Assembly: GCA_049903315.1 (NCBI GenBank)
Contig: JBNGBT010000002.1
Location: 224,001-288,000 of the forward strand
Source: Candidatus Cloacimonadota bacterium
Lineage (GTDB): Bacteria > Cloacimonadota > Cloacimonadia > JGIOTU-2
Length of the DNA: 64,000 nucleotides
Direction of reading: 5' to 3'
The notes beneath the pieces were generated by a model. It saw nothing but the letters and a program-made list of their open reading frames with translations. It was not told where the DNA came from and made no database searches. Shown here one piece after another: positions 8,631 through 17,553 of the stretch; positions within the stretch are counted from its first letter, which is position 1, and the number at the start of each line of letters is the position of its first letter. Position numbers and translations under genes: made by a program.

Positions 8631-11513
8631 ATGAAATATAAGATTTTTTATATCATTAGTATTTTGTTACTTAGTACAACCTCATATCTGGTTGCGCTCA
8701 ATCCCGTTCTTGTTTCAATCCCATATGATACAGAAATTAATCAGAAAGTTTATGAAAATACACAAGTTTTACATATAACAGATCATGTTATTATCGCTGA
8801 AGCTTCATCAGAAAATTTAAGTAATCTTAAGGACTATACTGTTATCGATACAGAACCGTGGAGTCAGAAATACTTTTTAATTTCCAGCCCTAAAAAAGAA
8901 GATGTAATTATTAGATCGGATTGGGGTAAATTGCTTTTTTCAGAAAACGAACTTGCACTTATCAAAGCTGATGAAGTGCCTTTGGAAGAGATAATTAATA
9001 ATGATTATGTCTTTGTTGAATTACGCAGAAACTTCTTTGAAGCGACCGAACGAAAAATTTGTCCTAAAGACACCTATCAGGTAAATCGAGGAATTATAGA
9101 TGATCTTATTGCGCTTATTGAGCAGGACTCTGTAGAAAGTTATATTCAATCTTTGGAGGATTTCCAAACTCGTTATGCGTATGCTGATACTAGAGACGAA
9201 GTTGCTCAATGGATCGCTAATAAGTTCTTGTCCTTCGGTATTACATCTGTCGAGCAGGATTCCTTTTATTATAATGGTATTTGGCACAAAGATGTGGTCG
9301 CAGTTATTCCCGGGAATGTGAGTCCAGATGAATATATTTTTATTGGAGGGCACCACGACTCGATAGTCCATTTTGGAGCCAATCCCAATCCAATGGTATT
9401 TGCACCAGGTGCTGATGATAACGGAAGCTCTACTGCAGGAGTTCTAGAGATAGCACGTGTGCTCATGGAAATGGATTATGAACCAGATGTCAATCTTGTT
9501 TTCTGTACTTTTGGTGCTGAAGAGATAGGTCTTGTGGGAAGCCATTTTCTTGCTCAAGCTGTTTCTCAGTTAGGACTTGATCTACGTGCAATGATCAATG
9601 CAGACATGATCGCAAATAATACACGCGATCCTGGAGAATGGCTTGTTGATGTATTTCGATATACTGGAGCTGAGCATCTGTATGAACTGGCACTCCAACT
9701 CATACCTCAATATACAACTCTTAGTTTTGGATCTTCAGGTCTTAACAGCAGTGGTTCAGATAGCTATGCTTTCTGGGTGAATGGATATGATCCAGTATAT
9801 TTCTTCGAAAATGAATTTTCTCCTTATTACCATTCGAATCAGGATCTTATGATAAACTGCGATATTCCATACTGTACAGAGATCATTAAACTGCAGCTTG
9901 CCACACTTATATCTCTGGAATCAATGCCCCCTGCAGTTACTCATTACCAGCTCATGGATGGAGGAAGTGGCTCAGAACTCTATCTCCAATGGAATAGTTC
10001 ACTTGTTGCCGATATTGATCATTATCAGATTGGGGTTGGAACAACTTCCGGCATATATACCTCAACTTATACGACAAACGATACAACTTTTGCATTAACA
10101 GATCTTACAGAAGGTCAGCTGTACTATGTTGGAGTATCTGCAGTAAATACCTCGAGTACAAGCAGCTTCATAGTAGAAAAATCGCTAGCTCCTGAAGCAT
10201 TACCGCGAATGCCGGATAATTTTGTTGCAAATCCTGAATGGTTTAAAATTGAACTCTCCTGGTCACCAAATCCAGAAATGGATCTAGATGGATATGAGCT
10301 CTATCGAAGTGAACTCCAGACCGGACCCTATGAACTCCTTACTACTTCGCTTCTGGAAGATACATTGTACACCGACACAGATGTATCCAGTGGTCAGTTT
10401 TACTATTACTATGTTCACGCACTTGATGATGAAGGACATATCAGTCTATCAACAGATTCGTTAAAAAGCAGAGCAGTTACCCTTGATCAGGGAATTCTTC
10501 TGGTTGATAATACAAAGGATGGAATTGGAACTTTCATGAATCCAACTGATGCTGAATGTGATGCTTATTATGATGAATTACTCGATGGATATACTGTTAC
10601 TCAATATGATACCTATCAGGAAGAGCAGGTAACTCTCGCGCAGCTTGGTCCGTATTCTACCGTCTATTGGTATATCGATGATGCATCAGGTACTTCATCG
10701 GCAGGATTGTCAATTCCAGATATTGAGCAATATCTCGATTTTGGCGGACAAATTCTTATTTCCGGATTTAAATTGACAGATGTATTCTCGGAAGAATTAG
10801 GGTATCCCCGGTATTTTGAGGAAGGTACATTCTGTTATGATTATCTAAAGCTTGGTGAAGCAGACATGGATAATTTCGCTCGATTTTACTATGCTGATCC
10901 TGTTTTTTCAGGTTTTGAAGCTTTTTATATAGATACCACCAAAACACTCGCGGCTGCAGATTATCATATCTTCAGAGTAGAGAGTGTCACCCCAAATGAT
11001 GATGGATTTTCCGTTTATAATTACGAGAGTTTATATGAAGATACGAGTCCCTTTGGTGTCATGAATGGTATGCCGGTGAGTACTGCGTATTTTGGAGTAG
11101 ATTATCAATCATTTACAATTCCGGTTCCTTTCTATTATATACAACTCGATGATGCCAGAACATTTATCGATCATCTTTTCCAAGATTATTTTGGAGAAAC
11201 TGTCGGTATCGATGATCCTGGTGTTCATCCGTCACAAGAAATCATGTTACATCAAAATTATCCTAATCCGTTAAGGAATACAACTACCTTTTCCTTTGTG
11301 ATACCAGATAATCATACATCTGCTAAGATTAGGATATTTAATCTTCGAGGACAGCTGATCAATGAACTCACTGGATCTGATACTCGAGCCAATGAGATGA
11401 TCTGGGATGGAAAGAACAGAAAGGGTAAGGATCTTGCCAACGGTATTTACTTCTACAGTCTAATTTTCGATGACAAGATTGTCCAGACAAAGAAATTAGT
11501 GATTCTAAGATAG
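8631..11513 (+). CDS. Secreted M28 metallopeptidase with FN3 domains and C-terminal sorting domain
   Basis: GGHHDS, PGADDNGS, AEEIGLVGS, NADMI, YHS zinc-ligand motifs; QNYPNP...NGIYFY...KKLVILR. Confidence 0.88.
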   Translation: MKYKIFYIISILLLSTTSYLVALNPVLVSIPYDTEINQKVYENTQVLHITDHVIIAEASSENLSNLKDYTVIDTEPWSQKYFLISSPKKEDVIIRSDWGKLLFSENELALIKADEVPLEEIINNDYVFVELRRNFFEATERKICPKDTYQVNRGIIDDLIALIEQDSVESYIQSLEDFQTRYAYADTRDEVAQWIANKFLSFGITSVEQDSFYYNGIWHKDVVAVIPGNVSPDEYIFIGGHHDSIVHFGANPNPMVFAPGADDNGSSTAGVLEIARVLMEMDYEPDVNLVFCTFGAEEIGLVGSHFLAQAVSQLGLDLRAMINADMIANNTRDPGEWLVDVFRYTGAEHLYELALQLIPQYTTLSFGSSGLNSSGSDSYAFWVNGYDPVYFFENEFSPYYHSNQDLMINCDIPYCTEIIKLQLATLISLESMPPAVTHYQLMDGGSGSELYLQWNSSLVADIDHYQIGVGTTSGIYTSTYTTNDTTFALTDLTEGQLYYVGVSAVNTSSTSSFIVEKSLAPEALPRMPDNFVANPEWFKIELSWSPNPEMDLDGYELYRSELQTGPYELLTTSLLEDTLYTDTDVSSGQFYYYYVHALDDEGHISLSTDSLKSRAVTLDQGILLVDNTKDGIGTFMNPTDAECDAYYDELLDGYTVTQYDTYQEEQVTLAQLGPYSTVYWYIDDASGTSSAGLSIPDIEQYLDFGGQILISGFKLTDVFSEELGYPRYFEEGTFCYDYLKLGEADMDNFARFYYADPVFSGFEAFYIDTTKTLAAADYHIFRVESVTPNDDGFSVYNYESLYEDTSPFGVMNGMPVSTAYFGVDYQSFTIPVPFYYIQLDDARTFIDHLFQDYFGETVGIDDPGVHPSQEIMLHQNYPNPLRNTTTFSFVIPDNHTSAKIRIFNLRGQLINELTGSDTRANEMIWDGKNRKGKDLANGIYFYSLIFDDKIVQTKKLVILR

Positions 11514-11533
11514 AATATTACTTATTAAGAATT

Positions 11534-11566
11534 AAGAGGAAAGTCTTCATTGCTTTCCTCTTTTTT
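11534..11566 (+). terminator. Rho-independent terminator
   Basis: Stem aagaggaaag / ctttcctctt followed by a T-run, 20 nt after the M28 stop. Confidence 0.75.
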
Positions 11567-11612
11567 CTTTTCAAGAATAATTTCTCAAAGAGAATTTTAA
11601 GTATATGAATTC

Positions 11613-11650
11613 ATCCCAAGTCATTCCCTGCGTGACCGACTCGGGATTCA
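11613..11650. repeat. Palindrome family C (atc[c/a]cRagtc-ttccctgcgtgac-cgactcg[g/t]gat)
   Basis: Second copy at 12243-12280; related inverted variant at 12199-12230 and a partial copy at 16648-16664. Confidence 0.75.
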
Positions 11651-11663
11651 ATAAATTCTATTC

Positions 11664-11691
11664 GTAGCGGCTGAACATGTTCAGCCTCTAC
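11664..11691. repeat. GTAG-type REP palindrome family A (gtag-[c/g]ggctgaacatgttcagcc)
   Basis: Perfect 18-nt palindrome ggctgaacatgttcagcc preceded by GTAG; copies at 14480-14503 and 15554-15577. Confidence 0.8.
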
Positions 11692-11695
11692 ATCT

Positions 11696-11723
11696 CTCGT
11701 TACCAAACCCCGGCTTGGTTATG
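11696..11723 (-). repeat. Palindrome family B (tcattaccaagc-tggg-gcttggtaatga), inverted degenerate copy
   Basis: Direct copies at 14312-14339, 14437-14464 and 15511-15538. Confidence 0.75.
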
Positions 11724-11982
11724 TGAACTCTGTAATCAGGGACCAGTTCAAATAATTTACATTGGGATCTTATGTTACTTCTTCTTAAAAAAAATTTCAA
11801 TAACCAAACAATATATTTCTTGACGTTAATTTTATTTCCATAACCAAAAGAAAATTAATATAGTTATTCCTCTATATTTGAACTTGTTGTTGTACTTATT
11901 GCTTCAACTCATGTTTGATTAAGAATGTGTGCGGTCTGACAATCCGCCTGTATTGTATCACGAAATGAAAAGGACCAGAGAA

Positions 11983-12193
11983 ATGTTTAAGAAATTGAAA
12001 ATAGTATCGGGAATGATGATGGTTATATTGTTCCTATTAAGCACAAACCTGTTCGCACAAAACTATAGTGGAGGATCCGGGACTGAGGAAGATCCATATT
12101 ACATTACAAGCAAGACAAATCTAAAATATCTCTCTGAAAAATCAGGTAAATGGCAAAACAGCAGAGACGAAAAAACTCATTTTAATGAGATAA
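11983..12193 (+). pseudogene. Internally deleted secreted sorting-domain protein gene
   Basis: Signal peptide plus AQNYSGGSGTEEDPYYI N-terminus fused out of frame at about 12146 to codons for VNGKTAETKKLILMR*, the same C-terminus as the next gene. Confidence 0.8.
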
Positions 12194-12362
12194 AAAAACA
12201 CGACTCAGTCTGCAAGAATGAGTCGGGGTGAAAAGAATATTTATCACGAGTCGTTCCCTGCGTGACCGACTCGTGATTCAAATATAGAAGTTTAATATAG
12301 TGTATTTAATGCTCAACGTGTTAACTTTCTGATTAATTTAAAAAAATGTGAAAGGAAAAAGA

Positions 12363-14303
12363 ATGAAAAAAATGAATTTAGTGTTTATCTTATTATTTAC
12401 AATAGTTTTGATGACTGGCACGAAGCTGGCAGCACAAACAACGTTATATGTTGATGCTTCTGCTAGCGGAAGTAACAACGGCACAAACTGGACTAATGCC
12501 TACACTTCTTTTCAGTCAGCTCTTGATGGAGCCGTTTCCGGCGATCAAATTTGGGTAGCTAAAGGAACATACAATCCAAGTTATGATTATGGTTTGGGAG
12601 GTGGTTCACGTTATTACCATTTCCGCATGATAAATGGTGTGGCAATCTACGGTGGCTTTACGGGGACAGAAAGTGCTGTGAGCGAGAGAACAAATTACGG
12701 TTTTGGTGAAGCAAACGAAACCATACTGAGCGGGGACATCGGGGCGATTGGTGATAATACCGACAACTGCTACCACGTTATTTATCATCCTTCTTTCTCT
12801 ACTAACCTTACTGCCATTCTAGACGGCTTTACCATTACAGATGGGAATGCGGATGATGGCAATGATCCGCACAAAAGCGGTGGTGGAATGCATAATGATC
12901 GTTCTTCTCCGACTCTTACCAATTGTACTTTCACATCGAATTCAGCTAAATACGGAGGTGGACTGTATAATTTTAATCAAAATTCTCCTTCACTTACGAA
13001 TTGCACCTTCATATTGAATTCGGCTGTTTATGACGGCGGTGGAATGCTTAATAAACAATTGTCCACTCCGGCCATTACCAATTGTACTTTCACATCGAAT
13101 TCAGCTAGATACGGAGGTGGACTGTATAATAATTCTTCTTCTCCTTATGTTACGAATTGCGCCTTCACCTCGAATTCAGTTTCTTGGTGGGGCGGTGGAA
13201 TGTTTAATAATTCTTCTTCTCCAACAGTTACCAATTGCACCTTCACATCGAATTCGGCTGATGAGTCCGGAGGTGGGATATTTAATTATTTTGCTGCTTC
13301 TTCACCGACCCTTAATAATTGCATTGTTTGGGGAAATGATGCTCCAGATGGTGATGAAATTTATAATAATCAGGGAACAATCACGCTGAATTACTCCTGT
13401 TATGCAAATGACACGGGTGATGTTTACGGTACACCAGTAGTTTCGCACTGCATCACCTCCGATCCCTGTTTCGTGGGCGTCGAAAATAATCCAGACCATC
13501 CTTACAGCATAGGCGGTATTTCGCCTTGTTGTGATACCGGAAATGACAGCTATAATTCTGAAGAATATGATATAAGGGGAGAAGGATATCCAAGGAAACT
13601 AAATAAGAGCACTGGTGGTTCTGGAACGATCGATATGGGCGCTTATGAATATAAAATAGGGACTGATCCAACACTTCCTGTCACCCTTTCCGCCTTCACC
13701 GCAGAATTCATCAATAATACCTCAACCCTTTACTGGGAAACCCAATCTGAGGTAGACAATCTTGGTTGGAATCTTTACAGAAATGTTGTGCAGGAATTCT
13801 CTAACTCGGAACAGATCACTCATGAAATGATACCCGGTAACGGCACGATCACAGAGCCAAGTTACTATAATTTTGAAGATACAGCCGATCTTGAGATTGG
13901 ACACACCTATTATTACTGGCTGGAAAGCATAGACTACAGCGGGATCTCACAAGTGTACAGCAGGGTAGCTCAGATCACGATTCCTGATCCTTCTGTGAAT
14001 CCCCAGAATATCGAGCCGCCAATAGTGTATGATTTCAAAAATATACCAAATCCGATAAGCGGTAATGCACAATTCCAGTTCACCTTTGATAAATCAAGCA
14101 TGGTTTCGGTCTCGATTTATAATATTCTTGGTGAATTAGTTCAAACTCTCCCGCAAGTAATGACACAGCCGGATGAAACTGCTCATATATACTGGAATGG
14201 CAAAAACAGTAATGGAAAAGAACTCACACCTGGTGTCTATTTCTACAACCTCATTGTGAATGGAAAAACAGCAGAAACAAAGAAACTCATTTTAATGAGA
14301 TAA
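12363..14303 (+). CDS. Secreted right-handed beta-helix (Pmp-like) protein with choice-of-anchor-Q-like region and C-terminal sorting domain
   Basis: Signal peptide; LYVDASASG.NNGTNW..AY; repeated SPTLTNCTFTSNSA..GGG; IDMGAYEY; LPVTLSAFTA; PGVYFY...KKLILMR. Confidence 0.85.
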   Translation: MKKMNLVFILLFTIVLMTGTKLAAQTTLYVDASASGSNNGTNWTNAYTSFQSALDGAVSGDQIWVAKGTYNPSYDYGLGGGSRYYHFRMINGVAIYGGFTGTESAVSERTNYGFGEANETILSGDIGAIGDNTDNCYHVIYHPSFSTNLTAILDGFTITDGNADDGNDPHKSGGGMHNDRSSPTLTNCTFTSNSAKYGGGLYNFNQNSPSLTNCTFILNSAVYDGGGMLNKQLSTPAITNCTFTSNSARYGGGLYNNSSSPYVTNCAFTSNSVSWWGGGMFNNSSSPTVTNCTFTSNSADESGGGIFNYFAASSPTLNNCIVWGNDAPDGDEIYNNQGTITLNYSCYANDTGDVYGTPVVSHCITSDPCFVGVENNPDHPYSIGGISPCCDTGNDSYNSEEYDIRGEGYPRKLNKSTGGSGTIDMGAYEYKIGTDPTLPVTLSAFTAEFINNTSTLYWETQSEVDNLGWNLYRNVVQEFSNSEQITHEMIPGNGTITEPSYYNFEDTADLEIGHTYYYWLESIDYSGISQVYSRVAQITIPDPSVNPQNIEPPIVYDFKNIPNPISGNAQFQFTFDKSSMVSVSIYNILGELVQTLPQVMTQPDETAHIYWNGKNSNGKELTPGVYFYNLIVNGKTAETKKLILMR

Positions 14304-14465
14304 CAGATTGTTCATTACCAAGCTGGGGCTTGGTAATGAGGAAAGAACTCACACCCGGTGTCTATTTCTACAACCTCATTGTGAATGGGACAACAGCAGA
14401 AACGAAGAAACTCATTTTAATGAGATAACGGATTGTTCATTACCAAGCTGGGGTTTGGTAATGAG
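14216..14465 (+). repeat. 125-bp tandem duplication of a gene 3' end plus palindrome B
   Basis: 14216-14340 vs 14341-14465 differ at 7 positions by manual alignment. Confidence 0.92.
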
Positions 14466-14812
14466 GATACATTTTCGGTGTAGGGGCTGAACATGTTCAG
14501 CCCTTCTATTTATCTGTCAGAACGTACTATAGTTTAATATTGCATCAATTTATTGACATGCTGAATCGGTTCGTAATGAAGTTGGAATCAACACAAAATG
14601 TCTTCCAATTATTTTCGTCGTTGATAATGAGCTCGGTATCAATATGGGTTTTATCGAGGTAAGAGTTTCCAAAAAATAGCTAAAAGCCATATAATGTTTA
14701 TTTTAGTGTATTTAAAGCTCAAAGTGTGTTAATTTTCTATTTATTTTATATGGTGAAAGAATAAAAACAGATCGAGAAAAAAGGAAAAATGAAAAAAAGT
14801 AAGAAATCAAAA

Positions 14813-15295
14813 ATGAAAACATTTTATCAGAATGTATTTATTATCTTCGTGATTTGTATTTTCGGTTGCCAACAGCCCCGACAAAAATCTATAGAAAAGG
14901 AGAATGAAATGATTAAAACAGAAGTCAAAGAGCAATTCAATCAACTAATTTCTGCATTAAACAATTTGGATTCAAATGCATGGTCCGGATTTTATAGCAA
15001 AGATGAGTTTGTGTCATCATTTGTCAGTACAGATTTTTACTCGAATCGAGGTGAATTCATAGAGGCAATAAAACATTATTTTGCACTGAGAGAGCATCAG
15101 CAGGTTGAACCACTCGAAGTACAAGTTACAGAGCTATCTCCAACTGTGGCTCTATTAACGAGTCAAGAAAAGACGGAAATGCGATTGAAAAATGGTGAAA
15201 AATTCAAATCCAAACATGTTTTTACAATGATCTGGAAAAAAGAGCATGACGGATGGAAGATTATACATTCTCATGAATCATGGATTGCTGAGTAG
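14813..15295 (+). CDS. NTF2/SnoaL-like (DUF4440-type) lipoprotein
   Basis: Lipobox IFGC; C-terminal FTMIWKKEHDGWKIIHSHES is typical of this family. Confidence 0.75.
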   Translation: MKTFYQNVFIIFVICIFGCQQPRQKSIEKENEMIKTEVKEQFNQLISALNNLDSNAWSGFYSKDEFVSSFVSTDFYSNRGEFIEAIKHYFALREHQQVEPLEVQVTELSPTVALLTSQEKTEMRLKNGEKFKSKHVFTMIWKKEHDGWKIIHSHESWIAE

Positions 15296-15479
15296 TATAA
15301 ATAAATAAATTCCTTAAGTTCACTTTTCCTATTACCAAAAAAGGAGTATTCCTTTAGCTTCATATGATGAGTAGATAAAAACGAATTTTATCATTATTTA
15401 TCAGTCTATCTTTTATAATAAAGGTTTGAAAAACACATCGGTTTGATAAAAAGTATCTAGTTGAGAATGTTTGAAATGT

Positions 15480-15579
15480 AGAAACTCATGTTAATGAGAT
15501 AAAAGATTGTTCTTTACCAAGCTGGGGCTTGGTAATGAGAATACATTTTCGTTGTAGGGGCTGAACATGTTCAGCCCTT
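15480..15579 (+). repeat. About 100-bp direct repeat of 14406-14505 (sorting-domain tail plus palindromes B and A)
   Basis: agaaactcatgttaatgagataa...taccaagctggggcttggtaatgag.atacattttcg.tgtaggggctgaacatgttcagccctt. Confidence 0.9.
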
Positions 15580-15600
15580 TTTTTATTATAGAATATCCAA

Positions 15601-16488
15601 TTATTCTAAATAAACTCCAACGCCGACAATAAGCACATCACCATCAACCTCGATCTGCCTTATATACGATGATTTTGCAGAAAGTTTATCGTCACCGGGC
15701 TTATTCCAAAAATAATCTACCCAACCGCAGCCATTTTCTCTTCCAACTTCAAGCATTTCTCGTATAAAGTATTTACCTTCTTCATCTTGAGTATCATAAA
15801 GATTTGTTCCTTCAATTTCCGGATGTACGAGGAGTGTTCCTTCTTCATCGAGTACAAATACATAATTGTCGTTGAAAATAAATTCGGATGTGGGATCTCT
15901 TAATTCGTCAAAAGCTGTTATTCCTTCTTCTTCAATCATATCAGCAGCTTCGTTCACTTGATCCACAATAAAAGCTTGTTCCATTTTCATATTGTAAAGT
16001 CCGCAGCCTGCAATATATTTCTTTCCGGATGGAGCAATTGCAGATCGCACAAAAGTCGTCTTCCATGTGGATTCATCCTGGCCTGGAATATTCCACAAAT
16101 AATGAGACCAACCGCTGCTGTCTTCGCTGGACACTTCAATGATGAACCATTTGATAAAAGGTTTTCCGTTCACGTCTGTGAGTTCCATTACATTAGTACC
16201 GACCAAGGCAGTACTCGCATGAGCATATACCATCGCGTCCGGATCAATAATAAAAATATACTTATCACCATGACGCCATTTGGAATCCTGAACTGCAAAT
16301 TCGGCAAATGCATCTTCGCCCTTTTCTTCGATCAATACAGCGGCATCATTCACGAGGTCTACTAATTGTTCAGTTTCTTTATACTGATATTCTGCATCTT
16401 CAGCACATAAGCTTAGACTCAAGATTAGAAAACTAATCAAAACACAAAATGATCGTAAAAACTGAGTGAAGTACTTTTCTTTTTTCAT
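15601..16488 (-). CDS. Secreted protein with two tandem Cache_2-type domains
   Basis: Signal peptide; two copies of Y[IV]F[IV].D...H....GTN.....D..GK.FI.......GW..Y.W..PG. Confidence 0.8.
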   Translation of the reverse strand: MKKEKYFTQFLRSFCVLISFLILSLSLCAEDAEYQYKETEQLVDLVNDAAVLIEEKGEDAFAEFAVQDSKWRHGDKYIFIIDPDAMVYAHASTALVGTNVMELTDVNGKPFIKWFIIEVSSEDSSGWSHYLWNIPGQDESTWKTTFVRSAIAPSGKKYIAGCGLYNMKMEQAFIVDQVNEAADMIEEEGITAFDELRDPTSEFIFNDNYVFVLDEEGTLLVHPEIEGTNLYDTQDEEGKYFIREMLEVGRENGCGWVDYFWNKPGDDKLSAKSSYIRQIEVDGDVLIVGVGVYLE

Positions 16489-16800
16489 TTTTGCTCCTGG
16501 ATTTATATTTGGATAATTCTCCGGAATTTAGGAATTTATCAAATTTTACGTCAATATTTATATTTTCATCTCTTAATTCCATTGTCTGTTATCTCATGAA
16601 GTTAGGAAATGATTCTTTATACAAAAACATTTTGATGAAATAGAAAACACGACTCAGTCTGCAATATTAGGAAAGTGTGATGAATTTTATTTTATACAGA
16701 TTATCATTTTCTAATGATATTTATCTTGACGCCAAAAATACAGATTAATTCCTTTACAGATAATTCAAATTCTCATATGAGAAATTAATCAGGAGGTCTG

Positions 16801-17553
16801 ATGATAGAAATCCTTGACCTGAAAAAGGTCTTTGAAAACAAAAAAAAGGGAACAGTATCCTACAAGGAAGCACTCAAGGGCATCAGCTTCATGTGCAAAC
16901 CGGGTGAGATTTTCGGTCTGCTCGGTCCTAATGGTGCAGGAAAAACAACCACACTTCGCTGTATCTCGACCCTGATAAAGCCGACATCTGGTCAAATCAC
17001 AGTCAATGGCTTTGATTCACAGAAAAATGACAGGCAAGTGCGCTCGATAATTGGCTTTCTTACCAGTGATATGAAGCTGGATGGCTTCTTTACACCGGAT
17101 TATATGATGGATTACTTTGGTCGCTTGAATAAAATGGCTCCGGATGCAGTTGCGGAACGGAAAGAAATACTTATCAAAGAACTGCACATGGAGGAGTTCC
17201 GCCATAAGAAAATCGATAAGCTTTCAAGCGGTATGAAGCAGAAAACATCCATTGCGATCAGTCTTGTTCATAATCCGGATGTGATAATCTTTGATGAACC
17301 AACCAACGGGCTGGATGTTGTCACAGCAAAGAATGTCACCGATTTCCTGAAGAAATATGCGAAAGAGGGGAAAACTGTACTCATATCCACGCATATTATG
17401 GGTGTTGCAGAACAGATCTGCGACAAGATCGGAATTTTGATAGAAGGACTTATAAAAGAACTGGGTACTCTCGACGAGATAGTAAAAAGGAATAACACGG
17501 ACAATCTTGAAGATGTATTCTTCAAATATCTGGAGGTGCAAGATGTTGAGTGA
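16801..17553 (+). CDS. ABC transporter ATP-binding protein (NatA-like)
   Basis: GPNGAGKTT, LSSGMKQK, IFDEPTNGLDV, STH. Confidence 0.88.
   Translation: MIEILDLKKVFENKKKGTVSYKEALKGISFMCKPGEIFGLLGPNGAGKTTTLRCISTLIKPTSGQITVNGFDSQKNDRQVRSIIGFLTSDMKLDGFFTPDYMMDYFGRLNKMAPDAVAERKEILIKELHMEEFRHKKIDKLSSGMKQKTSIAISLVHNPDVIIFDEPTNGLDVVTAKNVTDFLKKYAKEGKTVLISTHIMGVAEQICDKIGILIEGLIKELGTLDEIVKRNNTDNLEDVFFKYLEVQDVE

Noticed and set aside
14216..14465. Possible DGR template/variable repeat pair (5 of 7 differences are at adenines)
   Set aside because: The adenines are in the coding copy, the reverse of DGR polarity; changes are mostly synonymous; no reverse transcriptase in the window
14308..14490. 60-aa ORF resembling the tail of ORF 11929-12231
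   Set aside because: Off-frame translation of the repeated tail and palindromes, not an independent gene
12146..16664. Integron cassette array
   Set aside because: No tyrosine integrase and no attC-type GTTRRRY/RYYYAAC boxes recognised; cargo lies in both orientations
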